This document shows positions 1 to 8,307 of a stretch of 30,843 bases of DNA, one piece after another (positions within the stretch are counted from its first letter, which is position 1; each line of letters starts with the position of its first letter). Below the pieces are notes generated by a model that made no database searches, was not told the DNA's origin, and worked only from the letters and a program-made list of their open reading frames with translations. This DNA comes from a virus (taxonomy: Duplodnaviria > Caudoviricetes): positions 1 through 30,843 of the IMG/VR virus record IMGVR_UViG_3300037045_000014. One strand, given 5' to 3'. A program made the translations under genes and the position numbers.

Positions 1-127
1 GTTATTCTTTCTATCATATGTGAACATTCATGTGTTATTACATCCATATATTCTGTCCCTTTTGGATGGAAATCTAATCTTATACATCTGTCATACATTT
101 TTGCTGATTCCTTAGTATCCCAGAAAT
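1..127. repeat. Terminal overlap identical to 30717-30843 (circular contig)
   Basis: GTTATTCTTT...CCCAGAAAT at 1-127 is repeated exactly at 30717-30843. The 127-nt length matches a common assembler k-mer, and an ORF reads through the junction. Confidence 0.97.
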
Positions 128-1361
128 GTCTAGTAGATATTTTTAATGCTCCACCATAACTTACAGATGCTATTGAATTGCCCATTGTTGAATCCATTTG
201 AATTGTTTTCATGCTTCCCTTTAATTGAGGATACATATTAAATATCTTATCTAATCTACCTACTATCTGTCCAGCTAATTCATGTGTTATTTTTCTACCC
301 CAGTTGACTTCTTTGAATCCTAATTTATCTATAGCATGTTTTGCTGCATCCTTCTTATCTTTGAATGTTAATGCATCATTATTAGTATTTCCAGTTTTAT
401 AATCTGTAAATTCTCCAGCTGGTTCATGCTCTAGAGCATCTGGAATAACTGGTAAAATTGTACTTCTACAGTTTGGATGCATTGGGGGCATGTTAGTTCC
501 TACTATAGCATTATCTAAATTAAATATCTGTCCATCTGATTTTTTACATATAGCAGATGTTCTTGCATCTATTTCTGCCAGAAACTCATATTGAGTTAAT
601 CCAGCATCTATATAACCATTTTTGTGTCCTTGTGTCATTGCATAATTGGTTTCAGTTCTAACTAATCTAGCAGCTTGAAAATATAATGTATTGCATCTTT
701 CCATAAGATCTTTTGACATGTTCTGAATAGAAGATCCTTTGATTAAACCTTTAGCCAGATCATCATTAATATAATTTAGCAGCTGTTGTTTATTTCTCCA
801 GATCCTATCACTAAACATTGCTCCAGCATAAGGATAATTAATAATTTCTTTAACAGCAGCTACTGGAGTTACTGGAATATTTTTAACTCCTAATGTTTTT
901 AATGTATCTTTGTATTCTCTTTGATACATATTAATTAAATGATCTTCCATAGCTATTTGTACATTATTAGATGTTTCTATTAATACTTTATCTATAGAGT
1001 CTAATAAAGCCATCTGTCTTGTTACATATGCTCTGGATTGTAGTTTATTAATTTGCTCTAATACAAATGGATTATGTGATGCATTATATAATTGTCTTAA
1101 AGTTTTTATATGTTCTTGATATTGCTTCATTTCTATAGGAGTTAATAACCTTTGTGCCTCTTGAAGTGTTATAGAATTGTTTATAGCATAATCATTGTAC
1201 CAGTTATTAAGTTCTTTTTTTACTTCTTTAAAAGATTGTTTATATAAGTTATTTAGTTCTGATATTAATTTATCTTCTGATTTTTTAGCAGCAATATCTT
1301 TGTCTAATGCTCTTTCAAGCCAGTATTCTCTGCTTGGCATATTAGTATAATAAGTAGGCAT
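1..1361 (-). CDS. MuF/SPP1 gp7-like minor capsid protein, N-terminal part (continues across the junction to 30488; about 529 aa in total) with C-terminal Zn-metallopeptidase domain
   Basis: Not in the ORF track; translated by hand from ATG at 1361 (RBS AGGTGA): MPTYYTNMPSREYWLERA...FSDRIWRNK...AARLVRTETN...DARTSAICKKSDG...PPMHPNCRSTILP (MuF motifs), then ...VITHECSHMIE (HExxH). Directly follows the portal gene. Confidence 0.92.
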   Translation of the reverse strand, partial: MPTYYTNMPSREYWLERALDKDIAAKKSEDKLISELNNLYKQSFKEVKKELNNWYNDYAINNSITLQEAQRLLTPIEMKQYQEHIKTLRQLYNASHNPFVLEQINKLQSRAYVTRQMALLDSIDKVLIETSNNVQIAMEDHLINMYQREYKDTLKTLGVKNIPVTPVAAVKEIINYPYAGAMFSDRIWRNKQQLLNYINDDLAKGLIKGSSIQNMSKDLMERCNTLYFQAARLVRTETNYAMTQGHKNGYIDAGLTQYEFLAEIDARTSAICKKSDGQIFNLDNAIVGTNMPPMHPNCRSTILPVIPDALEHEPAGEFTDYKTGNTNNDALTFKDKKDAAKHAIDKLGFKEVNWGRKITHELAGQIVGRLDKIFNMYPQLKGSMKTIQMDSTMGNSIASVSYGGALKISTRHFWDTKESAKMYDRCIRLDFHPKGTEYMDVITHECSHMIERI

Positions 1362-1370
1362 TTATATCAC

Positions 1371-2738
1371 CTACTTACTATCAGATTTATTGGTATTGCT
1401 TATTTTTTCTGTGTATGCCACTTGTATGTCATTAAAGTTATAATCATCAAAAGATACTTTTTTTTCTTCTTGTACCTTCTCATATTCTTCTTTAGGTTTC
1501 TCTATAAAATCTAACTGACTTAATAAAGTTTCATTAGATACTATGCCAGTTAATTTAGATACTAATTCTGCCTGCTCTAATGCATTAGTAGGTAATGCTC
1601 TAGTAAATGTAATCTTAATTTCTTTGTAGTCATAAGATCCACCTATCATGTTTAATCTATTATTGATTAATTCTAGCATCCTTTGTAAAGACTTCTTCCA
1701 TTTAGATTCTTTTTTAGACATGTCTTTTTCAAGTCCAAATAATTTAAACTTTAAAGCTACACCAGATGCATTACCAGAGAATGATTCATCTGTTAAAGCT
1801 GGAGTCTTTGTAAGTTTATGATAATCAGTTGTTAGTCTATTTAACATATTTTGTATATAAGTATCATTTATATTTTTTATTAAAAACTCTGCTTCTCCAT
1901 CAGCCTCAGTTAATAATACTCTATTATTCTTCATATCTTGAATATCAGCTGTTTCTGTTGCTGCTAAATTCTTTAAATGTAAATAAGCATTATCAAAGTA
2001 TTCTATTTCATTCATTGAAGAACTTATAGTATCTTCTATTGCATCTACTATAGATATAGCATCTTGATAGCAGCTTTTTCTTTCTGTATTCTCTATAAAT
2101 TCTATTACTGGTATATCTCCAAAATAGTTTGGTTCTTCTTTAATTAAGATTAAATTACTTTGAGAACCAGAAAAATATTGTATCTTATCTTTTTTAAATA
2201 CTGTCATTTCTAATATTGTATTATTATTAGCAGCATCTTTATATTCAAAGTATCTTATTGCCCCTATTGGATTAGCAGCTAAAGAGTTGTCATGTACCAG
2301 TATTATGTTATCTGGTGATTCTGCTGCCATCCTTGTTTGTCCTTCTTCATCTATCCATAATATTAGGAAAGCATGTCCATATATAGCAGATAGTTTATCT
2401 AATTCTGAGTTAGTATCTTGGAAGTCATTATATTCAAGAATGTCTAGAATTGCTTCCTGCTGCTTTTCATTGCCAGAAGTAAATGTTATAGGTTCTCCAG
2501 AAAAGTATCCAGTTCTTATATCTACTGTAAAGGAAGGTAAATTAGATATGATTTTATTATTAGGTTTAGATGGATCTTCCATAGTTTTATATAATATCTT
2601 ATGGTTTCCTATGAAGTAATCATAATTATAATTGTATTTTGATTTAAAGTTCTTATGTTCTTTTATTATACTATCTATAGTATTTTTATCTAAATCTTTA
2701 ACATTGGTTTTAAAGACTGGTTTATTAAAGTTATTCAT
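1371..2738 (-). CDS. Portal protein, SPP1 gp6-like
   Basis: 455 aa with motifs GYFSGEPI, HxFGxIP-like YFGDIPVIEF, FSGNASGVALKFKL and IKITFTRALP; downstream of TerL. Confidence 0.95.
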   Translation of the reverse strand: MNNFNKPVFKTNVKDLDKNTIDSIIKEHKNFKSKYNYNYDYFIGNHKILYKTMEDPSKPNNKIISNLPSFTVDIRTGYFSGEPITFTSGNEKQQEAILDILEYNDFQDTNSELDKLSAIYGHAFLILWIDEEGQTRMAAESPDNIILVHDNSLAANPIGAIRYFEYKDAANNNTILEMTVFKKDKIQYFSGSQSNLILIKEEPNYFGDIPVIEFIENTERKSCYQDAISIVDAIEDTISSSMNEIEYFDNAYLHLKNLAATETADIQDMKNNRVLLTEADGEAEFLIKNINDTYIQNMLNRLTTDYHKLTKTPALTDESFSGNASGVALKFKLFGLEKDMSKKESKWKKSLQRMLELINNRLNMIGGSYDYKEIKITFTRALPTNALEQAELVSKLTGIVSNETLLSQLDFIEKPKEEYEKVQEEKKVSFDDYNFNDIQVAYTEKISNTNKSDSK

Positions 2739-2797
2739 TTGTGGTTTCTCACCTTCTTATATTATAATGGTTCTTTGTAAAATCTAGTTTTTTGATT

Positions 2798-2826
2798 AAA
2801 GAAGGCCTTTTATAAGGTCTTTTTTA
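2798..2826 (+). terminator. Intrinsic terminator-like hairpin
   Basis: AAGGCCTT-TTAT-AAGGTCTT followed by a T run; the G-U pair works on the + strand. Confidence 0.55.
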
Positions 2827-2922
2827 GTTGCATCTGCTATAATGTAATTTATAGGGGAATTTAAATCTTATTTGATGAATTAATATTTAACTATTTCAAA
2901 TTTATCATAGGAGATATAAAGC

Positions 2923-3009
2923 ATGAATCAAAAAACCTATAATATCTGTTCTCTTATTGTGCAGATATTAACTTTTGTTTTGGCTATGATATTAGCTGTA
3001 GCAAAATAA
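2923..3009 (+). CDS. 28-aa hydrophobic membrane peptide (type I toxin-like)
   Basis: MNQKTYNICSLIVQILTFVLAMILAVAK*; RBS AGGAGA; extended -10 TGCTATAAT at about 2835-2843; hairpin immediately after the stop. Confidence 0.65.
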   Translation: MNQKTYNICSLIVQILTFVLAMILAVAK

Positions 3010-3010
3010 T

Positions 3011-3036
3011 AAAAGACTGTCTTAGGACAGTTTTTT
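3011..3036. terminator. Probably bidirectional terminator
   Basis: AAAAGACTGTC-TTAG-GACAGTTTTTT. Confidence 0.7.
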
Positions 3037-3179
3037 GTATGAAATGCAACTATTCCTTAAATGAATCTTTAGGGATTAGTTGAAAAGAATTGAGTGTTTC
3101 CAGTAGGTCTATCCATTGTGGTATTTTGTGATTATAGGAAAATGACTGTTTTTTGCTAAAAGTTTAGTTGTAGTAAACT

Positions 3180-4424
3180 TTATAAGCCTAAATTCAGCTT
3201 TTTAGATGTGATTTTGAATGAATTATAAATATCACTGTAAGCATATCTTAATGCATCTATTGAGTGTGAATAATCATGGTCTGTCTTATCTTCTATTAAT
3301 TGATTTGTTGCTTTATCTCTTAAATAAACATAGTTTTCTAATTCAGCAGCTACATTCTTACAGCTACTATGGCATACAAGTGTATGATTCTGTAAAAAAG
3401 ATATTCCAGTTTTAACTGAGTCTTTACCTTTTTTAGCACCTTCTGCCCTTAATCCATTAGTTTTAAAATAACTGATTGCTCTTGGGTCTGCTGAATCACA
3501 ATATATCTTCTGCTTAGTTATGTTCATATCTTTTATAGCTTGTACTATTTCATCTAGTGTAGAGCCTCTTTTGTAATATTCATTTATTATGTATATTGTT
3601 TTAGTTTCTTTATTGTAAAAACTTAATACTACTGCTGTTGGATCTACATAACCTATATCTAGTCCTGCTCTTACTTCTATCTTAGGATTTCTTAGTAGTT
3701 CTTGTATATCAAATGATTCTATTTTATGATTAGGTAATACTAAATCATCTACTAATACTCCCCATTCACCTTTAACAAATACTTGTGCTTTTCTTGGGTT
3801 TCTAGTTAGCATTTCTTCTAAAGAATTTACATAATCATTAGTTAAAAATTTATTATCTTTATAAGTTGATACATGATACAGAAAAGATTCTGGTGGGTTT
3901 ATTTCACAAAAGCCATATAGCCAGTGTTTTGATGATATTGGATTAAATGCCATATAGATTTGCTGATTAGCAGCTTTTCCTCTCATTCTAAGGTTTAACT
4001 GTTCTATTATGTCTTTAGTTGCTTCATATACTTCTTCTATGAATATATCTGATATATCTTGAAGGGATAATAGTTTTGCTTCATCATCTAAACCAACAAA
4101 TAATATTTGTGAGCCATTAGGAAGTGTTATAGTTCTATCTGATTTGTTTATATTACAGTATTCATATATTTTAAAGTTTCTTAATGTATCTTCAAATAGT
4201 GCAAATACTGAATTTCTTATAGTTACTGCATATCTTCTGCAAGCTAATACTCTTCTTTTATTCTGTAATGCTTTTAGTACTATCTTTTGTGCTATGAAGT
4301 GAGACTTACCAGAACCAGCAGAGCCTCTGTAGACTTCCCATCTATGGGAATAATCAAATAATAATGGATAATATGACTCATTAAATATTTTTTTACTAAT
4401 ATTAAGTTTCATCTGGTTCATCAT
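3180..4424 (-). CDS. terL: Terminase large subunit, PBSX family
   Basis: Walker A GSAGSGKS, Walker B IFIEE, MAFNP, nuclease motifs GLDIGYVDPTA, DSADPR and HSIDALRYA. Confidence 0.96.
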   Translation of the reverse strand: MMNQMKLNISKKIFNESYYPLLFDYSHRWEVYRGSAGSGKSHFIAQKIVLKALQNKRRVLACRRYAVTIRNSVFALFEDTLRNFKIYEYCNINKSDRTITLPNGSQILFVGLDDEAKLLSLQDISDIFIEEVYEATKDIIEQLNLRMRGKAANQQIYMAFNPISSKHWLYGFCEINPPESFLYHVSTYKDNKFLTNDYVNSLEEMLTRNPRKAQVFVKGEWGVLVDDLVLPNHKIESFDIQELLRNPKIEVRAGLDIGYVDPTAVVLSFYNKETKTIYIINEYYKRGSTLDEIVQAIKDMNITKQKIYCDSADPRAISYFKTNGLRAEGAKKGKDSVKTGISFLQNHTLVCHSSCKNVAAELENYVYLRDKATNQLIEDKTDHDYSHSIDALRYAYSDIYNSFKITSKKLNLGL

Positions 4425-4800
4425 CCATTATAGTTATTTCAAAGTTTGTATTAGTATTATTTGATTCTACTCTATCAGTAAATAAAGCATGTGTTTTTCC
4501 TAGCATTTCTGCTGCTCTTAATCTTTGTGCTATGTGATGTTTCCCATTAGCAGCTCTCATAGTATCTGTTAAAAAATTTAAAACTTCATCTTGTGATGCT
4601 ATTAGTTCTGCATCCTTTGATTCCATTCTTTCTTGTATATAATCTTTTATTTTTTGCTGTTGTAATAATCTTTTAGATTCTACAGCAGCTACATTATCAT
4701 TCTTTGCTTTATATCCAGCATCTTTATATGCTTGGGTTGCATTGAGTGAGATAATGTAATTATCTGCAAATAATCTTTGTTTAGGAGTTAATTTATCCAT
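4402..4800 (-). CDS. terS: Terminase small subunit
   Basis: LTPKQRLFADNYI..NATQAY..AGY and RLRAAEMLGK..ALFTDR motifs; overlaps the TerL start. Confidence 0.93.
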   Translation of the reverse strand: MDKLTPKQRLFADNYIISLNATQAYKDAGYKAKNDNVAAVESKRLLQQQKIKDYIQERMESKDAELIASQDEVLNFLTDTMRAANGKHHIAQRLRAAEMLGKTHALFTDRVESNNTNTNFEITIMDDEPDET

Positions 4801-4816
4801 TAGCTCACCTACTTTC

Positions 4817-5473
4817 TTATTTAATTGTTATTTCTCTATATAAGTCTTGGAAGTTTTCTTTTTTAGGGTATGATTGCAGCTCTTTTAAAATATTTAAGTT
4901 TTTCTGCAATGGATAAATATAGATATGTTGATTTGCTATTATCTTAGATACTTGATTATAATTTTCTATTAGAAATTTAGCACTTCTGGTTTTATGTCTA
5001 TGCCAGATGCTTATGTTATGGATTATTTCTCCATCTAATTTGTAGAATGATTGTGATGTGGTATATCCAAGATAAAGCCAGTTTGTAGCTTGATATATTA
5101 TTCCTAGATTTCCTTGTTTCTGGTCTGAATATGAAAGAATATATTTTATATCTTTTTTATTGGATTTGAGCCATTTAATACATTTGCCTATGGCTTTAGA
5201 TTCAGAGAACTTAGGAGCTGTGTCCAGCATTGCCATTCTTCCTAGTTCTAACATATCTTTGGTAGTAGAGTTTTCTACTAATTGGCTTGTTGTTGAGTTG
5301 CTTCTTATTGGATGGTTAAACATTAATACACCTTGCAATGTATCATCTTCAAATACTCCAAGTGTTAATTTAACACCCTTGGAAACTTTTTTACTGTAAT
5401 GATATGTTTCTATAAAAGTTTTTCCAATTTTGTAATCTATTTCTTTTACTATATAATTATTTTGTTTTCTCAT
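4817..5473 (-). CDS. Mom-family (phage Mu Mom-like, GNAT-fold) DNA adenine modification protein
   Basis: HYS, ELGRM, ESKAI and SYSDQKQGNLGIIYQATNWLYLG match the Mom-family pattern SYxDxxxGxxGxIYQAxNWxYxG; 218 aa. Confidence 0.8.
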   Translation of the reverse strand: MRKQNNYIVKEIDYKIGKTFIETYHYSKKVSKGVKLTLGVFEDDTLQGVLMFNHPIRSNSTTSQLVENSTTKDMLELGRMAMLDTAPKFSESKAIGKCIKWLKSNKKDIKYILSYSDQKQGNLGIIYQATNWLYLGYTTSQSFYKLDGEIIHNISIWHRHKTRSAKFLIENYNQVSKIIANQHIYIYPLQKNLNILKELQSYPKKENFQDLYREITIK

Positions 5474-5714
5474 TTATTAATCCTAGAGTTATTTCTAAAT
5501 CTTTTTCTATAGTAGCTAATTTGTTTTTATTCTCCAGCTGTGTTTCTTTACATTCATTAACTTCTTCTGTTAAAGCTATTAAATCATTAGTCATTAGATT
5601 TGATTTAAAATAAAATTCTAGCAGCCTTTTCATGTCATCCTTATTAAATGTCCAGCACATCTGGTTTAATATTGAATCATTTAATTTGTTTTGTGATTCT
5701 TTTAAATTACTCAT
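5457..5714 (-). CDS. Hypothetical coiled-coil protein (85 aa)
   Basis: RBS AGGAG upstream; overlaps the mom-like start codon, suggesting translational coupling. Confidence 0.75.
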   Translation of the reverse strand: MSNLKESQNKLNDSILNQMCWTFNKDDMKRLLEFYFKSNLMTNDLIALTEEVNECKETQLENKNKLATIEKDLEITLGLINEKTK

Positions 5715-5738
5715 GTGTATCAGCTCCTATAAGATTTT

Positions 5739-5921
5739 TTATTTATCCAGTGTGTCTATTTCTATTTTTATTGTGTAATCATCAGTTATTGTTACTGTAT
5801 AATCCATGTTACAGTTTGAACATGTGTAAAATGTTTCTGCTGTTAAAGGATCTGCTCCAGTTCCAGCTAATTCAGATCCACAATTAAAACAATAATTTTC
5901 TTTGTTATATTGCTTGTCCAT
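5739..5921 (-). CDS. Small Zn-ribbon protein (60 aa), Com-like in size and position
   Basis: CFNC-x19-CSNC; RBS AAGGAG; first gene of the operon containing the mom-like gene. Confidence 0.75.
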   Translation of the reverse strand: MDKQYNKENYCFNCGSELAGTGADPLTAETFYTCSNCNMDYTVTITDDYTIKIEIDTLDK

Positions 5922-6005
5922 TGTGTTCTCCTTAGTTTTAAATTGTATTGGTAAGTATCTTTAGAATTGAACTAAAGTTGCAGCATCCAGCTTACTTATA
6001 TTAGT

Positions 6006-6080
6006 AAAAAAAAAATAACTCCAGCAGTTAAAGGAGGGAAAATCTGCCAGAGTTATTAATTAAAGGAGGGTAAATATCAT
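6006..6080 (-). ncRNA. Putative sRNA or late-operon leader with two anti-Shine-Dalgarno motifs and a terminator
   Basis: On the minus strand CCCTCCTTTAA occurs twice (6028-6038, 6060-6070). One copy is in the loop of a 14-bp stem (6014-6027/6044-6057) whose two G-U pairs work only on the minus strand; a U run follows. Confidence 0.55.
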
Positions 6081-6204
6081 TTTATTTCTTACATATATAT
6101 AGAGTGAATTAGGCTGTGATTTTTTATTTCTACTAGGAAACTTTTCTTTATGGCATATACATGACATACATTTTATATGATTATGGCATACATCTAAAAA
6201 GAAG

Positions 6205-7122
6205 CTATTTAGCAGCCTCTAGCATTGATATAACTTCTCCTAGTTTCTTAAATAGTGCTATTCTATACTCTTTTATTCCTTCTGGAGCATTAGCCCCTTT
6301 ATTAAAAGATTTCATAGTATTCATTGATACATGAGTTGTTATAGCATCTATTATAAAATCTTCTTCCATGTAATCATTTAAAGTTGCTCTAAAGTCTTTT
6401 GCATCTAATATAGTTTCTAATATTCTTTGCTGATCCATAAGATTTGCTATTCTTGGTGATACATCTCCATAGTGTTCTTGATATGTTTTAGATACTCTTT
6501 CTGCTATTCTTTTTCTTATAGCAGATTGATTTCCAGAGTCAGTAGAAGTTTTATTTTCATTTTCAAGATAAGATAATTGCTTCTTAGTTAATATATTTTT
6601 CTTGTTATTATTGAACCAGTTTAAAAATTGATTCATTTTCTCTTCTTTTGCTCCCATTAGTACAGCTATATCTTGCCCTGCTAATATATCTTCTATTGTA
6701 AGAGCTTGTCCATTTTCATTAACTCCTAATTGGCTTGCTGCTATTTCTTGAACTTCTATAACTTTTCCATTGCTCTTTTTAGATTCTGGTATTAAATGAG
6801 TTTTTATTTTTAACATAGTCATGTTATAAACTGGCCCTGCAAAAGTTGGATTATCCAGTTTTATATCTTCTATATCCATATCTTTTGATACTATAACCAT
6901 TGATTCATATAATGTAGCATATACTTCATCCCTTATTATATCTGCTGACCATTCTAAAGAATATTTAGGTCTTGCAGCTGCTACTGCTTTGGCTATTAAA
7001 TCTTTATTGTAATGCTTAAATTTTATTGTTTGAGATTCTTCTGTAGCATTTTCTTCTGCTAAATCTATTAATAATATATTTATCATTTCATTTGTTAAAT
7101 TAGTTAATATAGTTTTTTTCAT
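6205..7122 (-). CDS. Hypothetical 305-aa protein, possibly a divergent sigma-factor-like late transcription regulator
   Basis: Clear ORF with RBS AAGGTAGG; last gene before the packaging operon. IIRDEVYATLYES loosely resembles sigma region 2 and ILTKKQ...SAIRKRI loosely resembles region 4. The function call is weak. Confidence 0.5.
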   Translation of the reverse strand: MKKTILTNLTNEMINILLIDLAEENATEESQTIKFKHYNKDLIAKAVAAARPKYSLEWSADIIRDEVYATLYESMVIVSKDMDIEDIKLDNPTFAGPVYNMTMLKIKTHLIPESKKSNGKVIEVQEIAASQLGVNENGQALTIEDILAGQDIAVLMGAKEEKMNQFLNWFNNNKKNILTKKQLSYLENENKTSTDSGNQSAIRKRIAERVSKTYQEHYGDVSPRIANLMDQQRILETILDAKDFRATLNDYMEEDFIIDAITTHVSMNTMKSFNKGANAPEGIKEYRIALFKKLGEVISMLEAAK

Positions 7123-7287
7123 TTGCTTTGTACCTACCTTTATTAGTTATTTTTGTTTTGTATCTTATGCACCTTATGAGACTTATTTAGTTTTAATATA
7201 TGAATGTCACACATATGTATGTCCTTGTGTTTCTATTAATTTATTACTGTATATTTAATTATTTTTAACATTTTTTATTTGAATTTT

Positions 7288-7968
7288 TTAAGAAATCTTC
7301 CATTGATTTGAATTATTATCTAGATATAACAGATGTTTATCTTCTTCTATGATTTGATTGAACCAGTTTAATACATTGTCTGCATTTCTTGGATCTCCAG
7401 ATTTTCTAACACTGTAAGCTAATCTGTAGCCTACTCTCCTTGCTTTTGTGCTATGATTTAATTTATATAATGCTGTTGAATCAGCTGAATTGAAAACTGA
7501 GATATTAAACATTTCCCCTTCTATGTCTCTTGCTAATAAATCTACTTTATAAACTGTATCCATGTAATGTGATGCTTCCCTTACTTCTTGGAATAAACCT
7601 AATTCATTTAATGTATTCTGTAGATAAAATTCATATAGCATAGATTCAAAATTCATTAATCTATTTTTTATATGGTGCTGTAGTCCAGCATCTTCACCTT
7701 TTACATCTATGTAAAGTTTATCTCCATTCCATTTTCCTTCTGGATAATATTTCTTTTTACCTACAAGTCCATTTTCTTTTATCCATTCTGGATTTGTATC
7801 ATAATTCATTGTTTTTCAGATATATTCTGCTACCTCTGTAGCTATTTCATTAAAAGTATGAGTACCAGTTAAAACTGGTTCTATTAAATCTTTTTTAGCA
7901 TCCCCAGTAGGCATAAATAAAGAAAAGCAGTCTATAGCTTGTGCCATAGAATTAAAGTTTTTTGTCAT
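7288..7968 (-). pseudogene. Hypothetical 226-codon gene interrupted by an in-frame TGA at codon 51 (nonsense mutation or readthrough)
   Basis: ATG at 7968 with RBS AAGGGGG gives MTKNFNSMAQAIDCFSLF...VAEYI-TGA(7816-7818)-KT-MNYDTNP..., in frame with the 173-aa ORF, whose ATG has no properly spaced RBS. Confidence 0.7.
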
Positions 7969-8215
7969 GTAGAATGACCCCCTTTTATGAATTGTTTTGT
8001 AAGATAACTTCCATATTTTTACTATATGTGCCTCTTATTCATGTATTACATGTTAAGAAGCTTTTTTTACATATGAGATATAAAGTTTTTTTTAGAAATG
8101 TCCTTCTACTATGATTAATGCCTACTAAATTAATTAAATTTCTACTTTTTAAAATTTTTTTTGGAATAGTTTTAGAGGAATATGGTATACTTATAAGGAA
8201 TAAAATTTTAAGCAA

Positions 8216-8247
8216 TAAAAAAAAAGAAGAGTTGGCAGCTCTTCTTC
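8216..8247 (-). terminator. Terminator downstream of rep
   Basis: AGAAGAG-CTGCCAA-CTCTTCT followed by a long T run on the minus strand. Confidence 0.8.
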
Positions 8248-8307
8248 AATAATAAATCATATTTGTATTTTTAAGTCTTACTTATTGGCATTTGTAAGAT
8301 TGTGATA

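Noticed and set aside
7816-7818. Genome-wide TGA=Trp recoding (genetic code 4)
   Set aside because: All other genes are intact under code 11 with Trp as TGG, and TGA stops are rare in low-GC Firmicutes anyway. One in-frame TGA is not enough.
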